From Abditibacteriaceae bacterium (GTDB lineage: Bacteria > Armatimonadota > Abditibacteriia > Abditibacteriales > Abditibacteriaceae): a stretch of 64,000 nucleotides of DNA. Below, one piece after another: positions 39,777-51,754 of the stretch; within the stretch, counting starts at the first letter, position 1; every line of letters starts with the position of its first letter. The stretch spans positions 1,792,001 through 1,856,000 of the forward strand of contig OZ255721.1 in assembly GCA_965277285.1 (NCBI GenBank), read 5' to 3'. The translations under genes were made by a program, and so were the position numbers. The notes beneath the pieces were generated by a model that had not been told where the DNA came from, made no database searches, and saw only the letters and a program-made list of their open reading frames with translations.

Positions 39777-40916
39777 CTAAAACTTGATGCTGACGCCGCC
39801 CGCCAGAACGTTGCTACGTCCGGTCGAAGGCGCGCTGAACAAGCGTTGATAAAGCAGGTTCAAGCTCATATTATGCGACACGTCTAAGCCAAGGTTGAGA
39901 CCTGCCATCGTGGACGGCGCCATCGAATTCACATCTTCGGGTGTCAGGCGCGACAATTTAGCGACCAGCGACAGGCGATTTTGCCATGCCGAAAGCCCGA
40001 CGCCGCCCGTCACGCGCGTGGCGCCAAAAGAGGTATTATCGCCAGCCACTTTTTCGACTTGTGTCGAAAACAGCAAGCCATTGCGCAGCGAGAAATCCAG
40101 TCCGCCACCCAGACTGCGCTCCTGGCTTTGCCCAAGAGTTCCGGCATTTTGCAAACCCAGACGCGCCAAACCTGTTGGGTTCGCTGTCAAATCACGATTC
40201 AGGTAACTTGCGTGCAGCGACAAGCCGCGCGACACATCGAAGGCCAATCCCGCGCCCTGCACGCGCGTCGAAACACCGTTGCCCAACGGGTCTTGCGATT
40301 CGCGCTCGAGCGCCGAGACCGCCGAATCAATGCGAAAACGTTGTGCCAGCGAAGTGCCGTTGCTCGCCGCTGTTTCGCCACGAACGGAATTATCGCGTAC
40401 AGACAACAAAGGCGCCGAAGTTCGAGTACTCGAATTTGAACCTGCGGGCGCATCCAAGCGCGCCAGCAAGCGCAACGCGGCGCCCGTATCAACGCCCAGT
40501 TTTTGCAATTCAGGGCGTAAATTCGTTGTCAAATCGCGCAAAGCACGCACGTTGGAAGTCGAAACAGTCGCGTCCCAAGACGCATCAGCGTCATGGCGCG
40601 CCGTTACGGTGTAGATCGCTTCCGCTGTTTGCAGCGCCATTTCATAGCGCGTCAAAAGAGTGCTGGCGCCCTTGGCATTGTTGCCAACGCCGTTAATCGC
40701 AGTAGAAGGCGTGCTCAGCCATCCGCTACGCGAGATGACGCTCATCGAACGATATAAAGGATCACTCGCCGCGACAGTCGCAAACTCATCGGCGCGCGCC
40801 GCACGAGGCGCATTGGCCAGCGCGCCGCCCAGCAAGGTCGCACAAAGCAGAACGCGTCCGGCGCGCGCGAAACCGCGACACGACGGAGCAGAAGTTTTAG
40901 GAATTGAGAAAATCAT
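39777..40916 (-). CDS. Outer-membrane beta-barrel protein with SLH-like N-terminus
   Basis: Signal peptide; FATVAASDPLY...LTRYEMA (SLH-like); terminal strand GGVSIKF. Confidence 0.6.
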   Translation of the reverse strand: MIFSIPKTSAPSCRGFARAGRVLLCATLLGGALANAPRAARADEFATVAASDPLYRSMSVISRSGWLSTPSTAINGVGNNAKGASTLLTRYEMALQTAEAIYTVTARHDADASWDATVSTSNVRALRDLTTNLRPELQKLGVDTGAALRLLARLDAPAGSNSSTRTSAPLLSVRDNSVRGETAASNGTSLAQRFRIDSAVSALERESQDPLGNGVSTRVQGAGLAFDVSRGLSLHASYLNRDLTANPTGLARLGLQNAGTLGQSQERSLGGGLDFSLRNGLLFSTQVEKVAGDNTSFGATRVTGGVGLSAWQNRLSLVAKLSRLTPEDVNSMAPSTMAGLNLGLDVSHNMSLNLLYQRLFSAPSTGRSNVLAGGVSIKF

Positions 40917-41037
40917 AACGCCAACGTCCAAAAATGCTCTTCCTGTGCGAAGAACCAATCTATTCTACCTTATCGAAGCGCCATTTTTCAATGGTAATTT
41001 TCGTACATTTCCGCCCATCGAGTACTCGAAATTGGCC

Positions 41038-42462
41038 TCAAGATCGCTCCAACAACGCAACGGTTTCGACGTGCGCAGTTTGCGGAAATAAATCCAGTGG
41101 CACGGCTTTGGCCAGAACGTAACCGGCGCTGTTTAAAGCGCGAATGTCGCGCGCCAGCGTCGCCGCATCGCATGAAACGTAAACGATGCGGCGCGGTTCC
41201 AAGCGCACGATTTCTTCCAAACAAGAGACGGCTCCAGCGCGCGGCGGATCGAGCAAAACCAGATCAAATCGTTCCGTTTCCACTTTCCTTTTCGAGTGCT
41301 CGCGTGCGCGACGACGCAAAACTTCCGCGACATCGCCCGCCACAAAGTCGGCCTGCAATTCGTTGTTTTGCGCATTGAAACGTGCATTTTCAATCGCCTG
41401 CACGCTTTGCTCAATGCCTAAAACTTTGCCGCCAAGTCGCGCCGCGCCCAAAGCGAACAAACCGACGCCGCAATATAAATCGAGTACTCGATCGTCGCGC
41501 TGAACGTTCGCCAGGCGCAGCGCGGTTTGCAAAAGCAGCGGCGTCGTGGATGTATTCACCTGGAAAAACCCGTCGCCCGTGACACGAAAACGCAAACCGT
41601 CGACGGTTTCTTCGAGCCAGTCGCGGCCACTGAGCAAGCGTGTTTGATGACGATTGAGACGCTGCAGAACGCCGACACATTGCGGCATATATTCGCGGAT
41701 ATAACGCGCAAAATCGTCGCTTTTCGACCACGTTTCATCCGTTGTCTCAACAATCAAAAGTGTTTCGCCGCTGGATGAAGTGCGCGCGAGAACGCGTTTC
41801 AAAACGCCGCGCTTGCTTTGCGCATCGAATGGCGACGCCAAACCGGAATCGCAAGCGGCGCGCACCGCAGACAACAGCGCGTTATTGTTCTCGTTTTGAA
41901 TCAAGCAATGCGCGACATCCACGACGCGATGCGTGTTGTGCGCGAAAAAACCGATTTGCCAACCATCGTTTTGCGCATTAACTACAAAATCGGCTTTGTT
42001 GCGATAGCCAAACTCGCGCGGCGAAGCGATACACGATTCTACGATTTCATTGGCATTGGCGACGCCGCCGATGCGCTGTAAAGTTTGCACAACACGTTCG
42101 CGCTTCGCCTGCAATTGCATCGAGTACTCGATATGTTGCCACTGACAACCACCACATTCCGGCTGTGGCGCCGATTCCGTTTCACGCTGGTAATAAGGGC
42201 ACGGCGGCGCGACGCGATGCGGCGAAGCGTTTAATAATTGAATGATGCGACCGCGCGCAAAACGCGCCTGAGTTTCGACAATCTCGACTGCGGCTTCATC
42301 GTCCGGCGCGGCTAATGACGCAAAAACCGTTCGCCCTTCGGTGTCGCGTCCAACGGCTTCGCCACCCGCACCCAGTGCATGGAATCGCACTTTTGCTGTG
42401 GAATCTTTGCCAGAGGTGAAAGGCTTTATCGAACTAATGTCAGTCGCCGATTTTTCCGCCAT
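41038..42462 (-). CDS. rlmD: 23S rRNA (uracil-C5)-methyltransferase, RlmD/TrmA family
   Basis: TRAM domain, CPYY...CGGCQWQH, FFQVN, LDLYCGVG, LDPPRAG, YVSC, DLFPQTAHVE. Confidence 0.9.
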   Translation of the reverse strand: MAEKSATDISSIKPFTSGKDSTAKVRFHALGAGGEAVGRDTEGRTVFASLAAPDDEAAVEIVETQARFARGRIIQLLNASPHRVAPPCPYYQRETESAPQPECGGCQWQHIEYSMQLQAKRERVVQTLQRIGGVANANEIVESCIASPREFGYRNKADFVVNAQNDGWQIGFFAHNTHRVVDVAHCLIQNENNNALLSAVRAACDSGLASPFDAQSKRGVLKRVLARTSSSGETLLIVETTDETWSKSDDFARYIREYMPQCVGVLQRLNRHQTRLLSGRDWLEETVDGLRFRVTGDGFFQVNTSTTPLLLQTALRLANVQRDDRVLDLYCGVGLFALGAARLGGKVLGIEQSVQAIENARFNAQNNELQADFVAGDVAEVLRRRAREHSKRKVETERFDLVLLDPPRAGAVSCLEEIVRLEPRRIVYVSCDAATLARDIRALNSAGYVLAKAVPLDLFPQTAHVETVALLERS

Positions 42463-42646
42463 TAGCCGCCCCCGAACTTGCTTGCGAGATTTTGAGTGTT
42501 CTCTCATCGTTTCCGAGCGCTTTTGCCAATGTTGATGACGCGCCAAATTTCTCCGCCAGACAGCACGAAAGGCCGGTCTGTTAAACCGGCCTTTCACAAG
42601 GCATTATCGAGTACTCGAATCGTCTCGGGTTATTCAGCGCTTTCGT

Positions 42647-44536
42647 TTAGCGGTTGTTGGTGTCAGGACCGTTGGCTTTGGCCAGCGTAGGATTGCGCGT
42701 GCTGTCGCGCATACGCGCGGTACCCAAACCGCCCGTCCATTTGCCTGTCGGATTAGGCAAGCTGTCATCTAGAAATTTGATGACATGCATATTGTAGGTG
42801 ACGGTCAAAGGCTGAGGCGGTACCACAGGAGCGGCAGGCGCTTGAGGACTGCCGGGGTAACCCCCAGACATGCCACCAGGGTAACCCCCAGACATGCCAC
42901 CAGGGTAACCCCCAGACATACCACCGGGGTAACCGCCGGACATGCCACCAGGGTAACCGCCGGACATACCGCCGGGATAACCGCCAGACATACCGCTACT
43001 ACCCATTCCTGTTGATACCGCTGGAGCTTCTTGTTCGTAATAGGCGTCAACCGTATCTTCGGAGCGCACCAATTGATGCGCCGCGATGTCGAACCAGATC
43101 ACGCGCGACATCGTGGCGCGATAGTTAAGAAGTTTCGGAGGCGCGGCGGCTGCACCGCTCGCGCCACTGGCGCCGCCACTGGACATGCCACTGCCGCCTT
43201 CTCCCCCACTTGACATACCGCCTGGGCTACCAGAACCACTGGCGCCGCTACTGGAACCGGCTTCAGTTTGCAGATTGGTGCAAATCGATTTTGCGACATC
43301 ATCCGGCAAGCTGAACTGCGTCACTTCAACGCGCGCGCAACGGCGCTCAAAGCCCGCGGGCGTGGCCAAGTTTTCAAAACCTGTTAGCGACATAGGCACG
43401 CCGGTCAAGTTAAACGCCGCGCGCTTGGTCAATTCGCCGATGAACGTCATATTGGAATTCCAAGTCGCGCCTTTTTGCACCGGATAATTGGGAAACGTCG
43501 GCAAAATGTCGCCTAAGGGCAAAGTCGATGGCTTGTGGCTGATGTTGATTTCTTCGCCGTCAGGTTTGATCATTTTCGTGTAAGCCTGGCTCGATTCGAG
43601 ACCTCGATGCCAGTGAGGATCCCAATACGGCTTGCCCGTATAACCTGGCGGATAAACCGTATTATCCACTGCTGCGCCACTGGGAGCGCCGCCCATACTT
43701 TCGGAACCACCACCTGATCCTGATGAGCCGCTTGTACTACCGCCCAAACGCTTGCGGTCAAAGGCGCTGGCGACCACCATGCGAATATTGGCCGAACCCT
43801 CGAGCATCCCAACATCGCGCACGACGCGCCGAACCAAGACATCGACCTGATGATCGAGCGGCGCCGCCGTCAATTTAGGCGCGTTCGGATCGACGGTTGC
43901 ACCGCCAGAACCCATTGAACCAGCAGGCCCGCTCATTCCACCGGACGCGCTCATTCCACTCGACGACGCCTCGTTGCCCGTAATAGTCGCATCGCTGACG
44001 GCGAAAATGCGAAAACGCTGAACCTTGGTATTAGCGGCATCTTGCGGCGTCCAGTTGACCAGCAGAACCGAGTCTTCGCTGACGCCAGCGCTGCCCGCAT
44101 TCACCACATTGAAAGTGACGCTGCGACTTCCGACCTGCCGACCGCTGGCGCTAAAGGAAACGATGGTGAGCGTGTGCTTTCCGTCCGTTAATCCTCCAGC
44201 ATCTAATTCGTAGCTGGTTTGCGTTGTCGCCACGCGAAAACTTTCCGCTTTGTTGGTCGGCGTCAAATCGACGTAAATCGAAGCATAGCCGCCATCGGGA
44301 ATACCGTTGAACATGACTTTCGTGGCGCCTTTGAGCGTGTTGTTCGGCAAAGGATAAGTAATGTTGACGCCATTATCGGCAGCGGCATCGGTATCTTGCG
44401 CTCGCACGATCTGCGGCGGAGCGACAAATGCGCCCACCGCCAACAGCGGCAACAAGCGAATGGCGCGCGACCACGTTTTCAAGCGGCGTGCAGTACGACG
44501 TGAAGGGCGAATTTCAATCAGGCAATCGGGGTGCAT
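42647..44536 (-). CDS. Exported protein with Ig-like N-domain and G/S/M-rich repeats
   Basis: Signal-like segment; [11 protein letters not shown] (Ig-like); GGMSGGYP repeats. Confidence 0.7.
   Translation of the reverse strand: MHPDCLIEIRPSRRTARRLKTWSRAIRLLPLLAVGAFVAPPQIVRAQDTDAAADNGVNITYPLPNNTLKGATKVMFNGIPDGGYASIYVDLTPTNKAESFRVATTQTSYELDAGGLTDGKHTLTIVSFSASGRQVGSRSVTFNVVNAGSAGVSEDSVLLVNWTPQDAANTKVQRFRIFAVSDATITGNEASSSGMSASGGMSGPAGSMGSGGATVDPNAPKLTAAPLDHQVDVLVRRVVRDVGMLEGSANIRMVVASAFDRKRLGGSTSGSSGSGGGSESMGGAPSGAAVDNTVYPPGYTGKPYWDPHWHRGLESSQAYTKMIKPDGEEINISHKPSTLPLGDILPTFPNYPVQKGATWNSNMTFIGELTKRAAFNLTGVPMSLTGFENLATPAGFERRCARVEVTQFSLPDDVAKSICTNLQTEAGSSSGASGSGSPGGMSSGGEGGSGMSSGGASGASGAAAAPPKLLNYRATMSRVIWFDIAAHQLVRSEDTVDAYYEQEAPAVSTGMGSSGMSGGYPGGMSGGYPGGMSGGYPGGMSGGYPGGMSGGYPGGMSGGYPGSPQAPAAPVVPPQPLTVTYNMHVIKFLDDSLPNPTGKWTGGLGTARMRDSTRNPTLAKANGPDTNNR
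42852..42995 (-). repeat. 24-nt coding tandem repeat x6 (GMSGGYPG)
   Basis: Six units that differ only at synonymous positions. Confidence 0.9.
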
Positions 44537-44680
44537 CGAGTACTCCTTCGATGTCAGAAGAATGCAGCACTACAAACACAGGCTGCGTCGTGGCATCAAA
44601 AACGGAACAACAAGGACGATTCCACACATCGAATCGAATTTCAACCAACGAAGTTCAACTAACAGCATTGCAGTGAAATC

Positions 44681-46219
44681 TCAATTTACAAATAGCGTGG
44701 CTTCGAGGGTTTGCGGGGCATTAAAAGTGCTTTTTACCACAAAACGACCCCATCGGTCAACCGCGAAAGTGTAACCGCCATTGGCCACCTGCGCGACAGG
44801 CACGCCATTTTCGACCGCGCGGACCGCGCTCATTGCCGCATGTTGCCAGGGCGATTCCGTGCCGCTGCTCCAATCGTCGTTGGTCAACACGAACAAAACA
44901 CGAGCGCCATGCTGTTGCAAACCGCGCGACGGTTCCTCAAAACAGCTTTCAAAACAAATCAGGCTGCCCACCGCAGTGCGTCCTATTTCACGTTGCGCAA
45001 TCCATAAAGGTTTCGTTCCGCTGCCCGCTTGCACTTCCGGCGAAGGCGCCAGAGCACGCAAAAACGGCAGCGTTTCGCTCCACGGCGCGCGCTCGCCAAA
45101 CGGCACCAGATGGTTTTTCGCGCGGCTTTGAACTTGTTCGCTGCCATCAAAAAGCAAGGCTTCGTTGGAACGCGCGCCGTTGGCAATCGGAACCGCCGCG
45201 CCCGACAAAATCGGCGTTCCCAATGTGCGACTGAGTTCGTTCGCTTGAAACGCTTGCAGACCACCCAAATCGCGCCCCATCGAGTACTCGATGGCGTCCG
45301 CAGTGTCACTCGAAGCCGCGTCTGACGCCTTTTCCTTTGTTGTAAATTGACGCGCGACGAGAAAAGTCGTTTCCGGCCAAACGACGAGATCGTAATGATT
45401 TTGTCGCGCCGCGCGCGCCGTCAGTTCATAAGCCTGCGCGAACGCGTCTTGCCCATTTGAACCGCTCGCCGTCGTTTGCACCAATAAAACACGAAGCTGT
45501 CGCGCTTGATGCGGCCTTTCATCGGCTTGATGCAAACGCCAGGCGCCCCAGCCGTGCAAAACGAGCAAAACAAAAAGCGGCGCGCGCCACAAAATCGCCG
45601 ATTTTCTTTGCGCAGCCGTTCGCAACCACAACGCCAAACTCGCGGCGCACCAAATGCAAACGAAAGTCAGGCCATGTTGTCCCGCGAACGAAGCGGTTTG
45701 CAACAACGCCACATCGCGCCATTGCGTGTAAGCCAACGCGCCCCAACTGTGCGCCAGCGGGCTGGTGCAGCGCAACCAATCGAGAGATGTCCACATCGCG
45801 GCTGTCAGCAAAGGCCACAGCCACAAAGGAAATCGAGTACTCGAAACCGCTGAATTCCAACTCCACGCAATCAGCGCAATCATAAAACCGTGAATAATCC
45901 CGATCAGAATGACGCCAATAATGCCCAGAAAAAAGCCGATAAACATCGACACACCGATCATTGGAGAGCCACGCGTGATGGCGAGCGCGATCCACCAGTT
46001 GAGCAACGTGAAACAAAGCCAGCCGCAGCGCCAGCCAACCCAGAAACGCCGCCTCGCGTTCAAACCATGCAACGACCACAAAAGCGGCAAAGGCGCGATC
46101 CAACCCAACGCGAACAATCCGCTTTGCAACGTGGCCAGCCACCACAAAACAGCCGTCAAAAGCGCACAAAACCAGCGCACGCGCGGCGTTTCAGGTATCA
46201 AAGAAGCAGGAAAAGGCAC
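44681..46219 (-). CDS. lnt: Apolipoprotein N-acyltransferase
   Basis: Multi-TM N-terminus; VVWPET, KNHLVPFGE, ICFES, TNDDW, RAVEN. Confidence 0.93.
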   Translation of the reverse strand: MPFPASLIPETPRVRWFCALLTAVLWWLATLQSGLFALGWIAPLPLLWSLHGLNARRRFWVGWRCGWLCFTLLNWWIALAITRGSPMIGVSMFIGFFLGIIGVILIGIIHGFMIALIAWSWNSAVSSTRFPLWLWPLLTAAMWTSLDWLRCTSPLAHSWGALAYTQWRDVALLQTASFAGQHGLTFVCIWCAASLALWLRTAAQRKSAILWRAPLFVLLVLHGWGAWRLHQADERPHQARQLRVLLVQTTASGSNGQDAFAQAYELTARAARQNHYDLVVWPETTFLVARQFTTKEKASDAASSDTADAIEYSMGRDLGGLQAFQANELSRTLGTPILSGAAVPIANGARSNEALLFDGSEQVQSRAKNHLVPFGERAPWSETLPFLRALAPSPEVQAGSGTKPLWIAQREIGRTAVGSLICFESCFEEPSRGLQQHGARVLFVLTNDDWSSGTESPWQHAAMSAVRAVENGVPVAQVANGGYTFAVDRWGRFVVKSTFNAPQTLEATLFVN

Positions 46220-46268
46220 GACAAGAAGGATTTGGTCTAAAAAACTAAACAGCTATCGGAGAACAACT

Positions 46269-46625
46269 ATGACATTCGATTACGCACGCGACATCAACGC
46301 TTTATCGCACGAGCAAAAACTTCGCTTTTACGAAACTCTGGCGCACAAGCTGACAGTTTCCATACGCGGGATTTGGTTAGACAAAAGTTGTGACGATACG
46401 CAGAAAGTTGAGCAGATGAAATGGCTCAATGAAATCATGCACCGTGTCATAGCGAAAATCTCGGTTGAGCGTCGTCAAACTCACCAATGGACGGAAAACG
46501 ATATGTACGGCATGATGACGAATTACGTGCGGCTGTGTCCCGCATTGAGCGGTTACGTTTTTCAGGATATAACAAGCAGCTATCAATTTGCCTCGCATCT
46601 GCAAGAAGATGATGCAACGCTATAA
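46269..46625 (+). CDS. Hypothetical protein
   Basis: GGAG RBS before ATG 46269. Confidence 0.6.
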   Translation: MTFDYARDINALSHEQKLRFYETLAHKLTVSIRGIWLDKSCDDTQKVEQMKWLNEIMHRVIAKISVERRQTHQWTENDMYGMMTNYVRLCPALSGYVFQDITSSYQFASHLQEDDATL

Positions 46626-46642
46626 CATTTGCGCCATGACAA

Positions 46643-47173
46643 TTATTGCTGAGCGTTTTTGTCGCCTTGCAATTTGTGCATCCAATGGGAAAGCGTGCGG
46701 GCTGTGCGCTGCCAGGCGTTGCCGCCGTCGTCCTTGTCGCTGAGCGTGGTTGTGTCCGTCATTCCAGTACTCGATACGATGTCATTTGACGCGTTATCGG
46801 GTACCGCTTTATCGGCGGGAAAGAGCAAAATGCGCTGGCCAGGCTTGAGAAAACCGTGTTCGAGCAAAACTTGTTCGCGGCCTTTGGGCAACTGCAAAAA
46901 CGCCAGGCGATGATCGAGCGCGCTTTGCGTTTCGCTCAGGCTGGCCAATTGCACGGCTTTGAAATCGGCCTGGCGCTGGTATTTGCGATATTGCGCGAAA
47001 TTGGCCGCCATCATCGCCGAAAGCGCCAGAAAAACCAGCATCGCGGGAATTATCCACAACAAACGTGGCGCACGACGACGGGCGCGCTTGCGACGCACTG
47101 CGCGAACACGTTCATCAATGTGCGACGAAGACAGCGTAGAACCTTTGGCAGGAATGGCGGAAGTGCGTTGCAT
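46643..47173 (-). CDS. Septum-formation initiator (FtsB/DivIC-like)
   Basis: Single TM helix, coiled coil, GFLKPGQR motif; directly downstream of eno. Confidence 0.65.
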   Translation of the reverse strand: MQRTSAIPAKGSTLSSSHIDERVRAVRRKRARRRAPRLLWIIPAMLVFLALSAMMAANFAQYRKYQRQADFKAVQLASLSETQSALDHRLAFLQLPKGREQVLLEHGFLKPGQRILLFPADKAVPDNASNDIVSSTGMTDTTTLSDKDDGGNAWQRTARTLSHWMHKLQGDKNAQQ

Positions 47174-47208
47174 GAATGTGTTTCGCCTTTCGAGTACTCG
47201 AACGAAGC

Positions 47209-47270
47209 GAACCCGAAGCGTCAGCGAGGGAGATGTAAATTATCAATCTCCCTCGCTGACGCTCCGGGTC
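47209..47270. repeat. REP doublet hairpin, family A
   Basis: acccgaagcgtcagcgagggagat / atctccctcgctgacgctccgggt. Confidence 0.8.
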
Positions 47271-47274
47271 CGTT

Positions 47275-48663
<1,389 letters not shown>

Positions 48664-48750
48664 TTAAGCAAAACAGAGCCGTTTCTTTTTCAGAAATCGG
48701 CTCCGTTCTTACAACAAATCGTTAATCGAGTACTCGATTATGAAATCATC

Positions 48751-49797
48751 TTACGCGTTCACCTGGATTTTGGCGGTTTGTTTGAGTTGCGCGATGAGAG
48801 TGTCCAATTTCTGGCGGACTTGTTGCTTGACCAGAAAGCCGCGAATGGTGGTTTTAAGATCGCCGTCGAGCGCGGGTTTGTGCGAAGCTTCATCAACGCG
48901 AACGATGTGGTAGCCGAAAACAGTTTCAACCGGCCCCAGAATTTGTCCGCTTTGCGCCGCGAAAACAGCGTCCGCGAACGGTTTCATCGGCGGCAAGGCT
49001 TCGTCTTGGGCAAATTCGCCGGTATCGCCGCCGTCGCCACCGTCGCCATTGGCGCCCGGATCTTGCGAATACTGCTTGATGAGAGCGTTGAAATCGGCGT
49101 TGGGCACCTGCGCTTTTTTTAAAATGTCGAGCGCCTGCGCACGGATTTTCGCTTTGTCGGCGGCGCTTGCGTTTTGAGGAACCATCAGCAAAATCTGATG
49201 CGCGCGCGCTTGATTGGGGATTTCAAACTCGGAAGACGGCGCATCGTAAAATTTTTGAATAGCGGCGTCGGAAATCGTGACATCAGCGGCCAAACGCTTG
49301 CTCAATTCGTTCAGGACCAACTGTTCGCCGTAGAACTTGCGAAGTTGCGCTTCGGTTTTGTTGCCGGTTTTCAAAAACGCCTGATACGCGGCGGGCGTGC
49401 CCAACTGCGCCTTGAACGAGTTGACCAGCGTATCCACATCTGTCGGCGAGGCCACGATGTGACGATGCGCGGCTTCGACCAGCAGCAAACGGCTGTTAAT
49501 CCAGTTTTCGATCTGGCTTTGGCGAATCGTCGTTAAAGCTTTCTTTGCCGCGTCCGTGTTCGTTTGCAACGAGGGATCGCTCGCTTGGATGGCAGCGACT
49601 GCGCGGTCGAGATCGGCGCGCATCAACTTGTCGTTGTTGACTGTAACCGCCACCGCATTCGCGCTCGTGGCCGCAGCCGTCGCGGGCGTTGTCGCAGATG
49701 GCGTTGTGGCGGCGCGAGCCGTTAAAGTTGTGAGCGACGACAAACAAACAGCAGGCGCCACGACCCACAAAATGGTCGGCGCAATTCGGTTCTTCAT
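48751..49797 (-). CDS. Peptidyl-prolyl isomerase, PpiC/SurA/PrsA type
   Basis: Signal peptide, SurA-like N-domain, ARAHQIL, YSQDPG, GPVETVFGYHIV. Confidence 0.88.
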   Translation of the reverse strand: MKNRIAPTILWVVAPAVCLSSLTTLTARAATTPSATTPATAAATSANAVAVTVNNDKLMRADLDRAVAAIQASDPSLQTNTDAAKKALTTIRQSQIENWINSRLLLVEAAHRHIVASPTDVDTLVNSFKAQLGTPAAYQAFLKTGNKTEAQLRKFYGEQLVLNELSKRLAADVTISDAAIQKFYDAPSSEFEIPNQARAHQILLMVPQNASAADKAKIRAQALDILKKAQVPNADFNALIKQYSQDPGANGDGGDGGDTGEFAQDEALPPMKPFADAVFAAQSGQILGPVETVFGYHIVRVDEASHKPALDGDLKTTIRGFLVKQQVRQKLDTLIAQLKQTAKIQVNA

Positions 49798-50048
49798 TTT
49801 CTTCTCCTTGGAACATCTCAAAAGTACATCTCAAAAGCGGCCTCCTGACGATTCGCCACACGCGAAGTTCGCTTCACGCAAAGTTCGCTGCAAAGCCTTT
49901 CGACGTTCACTTTCATCAAGCTCATCAAGCAAAAAGACCAATCGAGTACTCAATTGCTTGTAGCGGCGCCGTTATATCGGCATTTCTATCGCGGCATTTC
50001 AGGGAAACCATCAAAGATTGTAAGGCGTCGCAGGCCGACTGTCAAAGT

Positions 50049-51632
50049 TTGGCGTTCAAAGTCATAGAGCTTTGTTTCGTTCGTTATAATTTCAAGGTGA
50101 CGTTTCCGGTGATGTTTGAAAGACTTATGAACGCTTTTCGATTTGCTTGCTTTTTGACCTGCACTGTCATGTTGGCTTTATCGGCGCCCGTTTTCGCCGC
50201 GCCCGCAAATGCCCGGCGGGCACGGTTTTCATCCTCGCGCTTTGCCAAGCTTCCAATGATTGCGCCCGCGCCGATTGCGCCGGTGATGATTCCTCCGGCG
50301 CGCATTTCCGCCAATCTGTCGGCATTGCCTGAAAACGGCAAGCTGGGAAAGTTCGAGCCAGCGCGCGGTTGTTACATCGGCGCTTTCATCGAAAAAGACT
50401 TCGCTTTTCAATATAAAAACTCGGACGAGAAAATTGAGGAATTTGAAACCTTGACGCGCAAAAAACACGCGTCCTATTTCACGTATGTCGGCTACGGAAC
50501 GCCGTTTCCGAGCGATTGGGTGGCGTCTGTCAAGCGCGAAGGTGGCGCTCCGCAAATCGCTTTTGAGCCGAATCACGGCTTGGAAGAAGTTGTGGACGGC
50601 GCATATTTGCGAGCCTGGGCGCGCGATGCGGCGCGTTCGGGCGTGCCGATTTTCTTGCGCTGGGCCAGCGAAATGAACGGCACTTGGATGAAATATTCCG
50701 GCTCGCCCGATCAATACAAAACCAAATTCCGCATGGTCGCCAAAATCATGCGCGAAGAAGCGCCCAATGTGGCGATGGTGTGGACGCCTTTCGCCGAACC
50801 GCACGAAAACATTCCCAAATATTATCCGGGCGACGAGTGGGTCGATTGGGTTGGCATCAACATTTATTGCGTCTATGTCAACAACGGCGACCCCAGTCGT
50901 CCGGCCTACAACATTGATCCTTTGCAACAATTGCGCTTTATTTACGACTTGTATTCGGCGCGCAAGCCGATTCACATCAGCGAATTTGCCGCGACCGTGC
51001 AATGCAAAGGCACCGGAAAGAATACCGTCGATTTCGCCATCGGCAAGATGACGCGCTTTTACAACGGCTTGCGCACGCAGTTTCCGCGCGTCAAATCGGT
51101 CAACTGGTTTTGCCTGGACACGATTCGCGCCGGTTTAGCCAATAATAATTATTCGTTCTTACAAAACGGTCGCGCCCTCAATACTTATACAAATCTCGTC
51201 GGCGACCCTTACTTTCTGTCCAAAGTCGCATTCGCGCCGTCCGATTTCGCCGTCAAAATCCCCGACAGCAGCACGATTGGCGCGCGCGGCATTCATTTGC
51301 GCGACGGCACGCCTTCTGACCTGGATTTGCTGTCCAATCAAGCGATTGTGGCGCAGACGATCACCGAGCCACGTCTGCGCGGCGTGCAAAACGGCGAAAT
51401 CGTCAACGGCGACCTGATTTTGACCGCGCAAATCCCCGAAGGCTTGCAACCGATGGGCGTCATCTGGAAAATCGACGGACGAACGGTTGCGCTGTCCAAC
51501 ACAACGCCGTATCGCCTGGTCGTCGGGCGCGAACGTTTCACCGCGGGCAATCACCGAGCTCAGCTTCAAGTCATGGATCGCCGCGACGGTTCGCTTTTCT
51601 CCTCGCCACCAATCGACTTTCACTGGAATTAA
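50049..51632 (+). CDS. Exported glycoside hydrolase, GH26-like
   Basis: FLRWASEMNGTW, MVWTP, YYPGDEWVDWVGIN, KPIHISEF. True start is probably ATG 50112 or 50127. Confidence 0.8.
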   Translation: MAFKVIELCFVRYNFKVTFPVMFERLMNAFRFACFLTCTVMLALSAPVFAAPANARRARFSSSRFAKLPMIAPAPIAPVMIPPARISANLSALPENGKLGKFEPARGCYIGAFIEKDFAFQYKNSDEKIEEFETLTRKKHASYFTYVGYGTPFPSDWVASVKREGGAPQIAFEPNHGLEEVVDGAYLRAWARDAARSGVPIFLRWASEMNGTWMKYSGSPDQYKTKFRMVAKIMREEAPNVAMVWTPFAEPHENIPKYYPGDEWVDWVGINIYCVYVNNGDPSRPAYNIDPLQQLRFIYDLYSARKPIHISEFAATVQCKGTGKNTVDFAIGKMTRFYNGLRTQFPRVKSVNWFCLDTIRAGLANNNYSFLQNGRALNTYTNLVGDPYFLSKVAFAPSDFAVKIPDSSTIGARGIHLRDGTPSDLDLLSNQAIVAQTITEPRLRGVQNGEIVNGDLILTAQIPEGLQPMGVIWKIDGRTVALSNTTPYRLVVGRERFTAGNHRAQLQVMDRRDGSLFSSPPIDFHWN

Positions 51633-51754
51633 ACGAAGCAAAACCGCGCTCCTCGAGTACTCGATTGTTCTTTCAACAACTTTTGCGAAAAAGGCAATGC
51701 AAAAAAGGCAAAAGGCGTGCAAGTTCCCTTCTTGAAGCTGAAAAAGGAGCTTGT

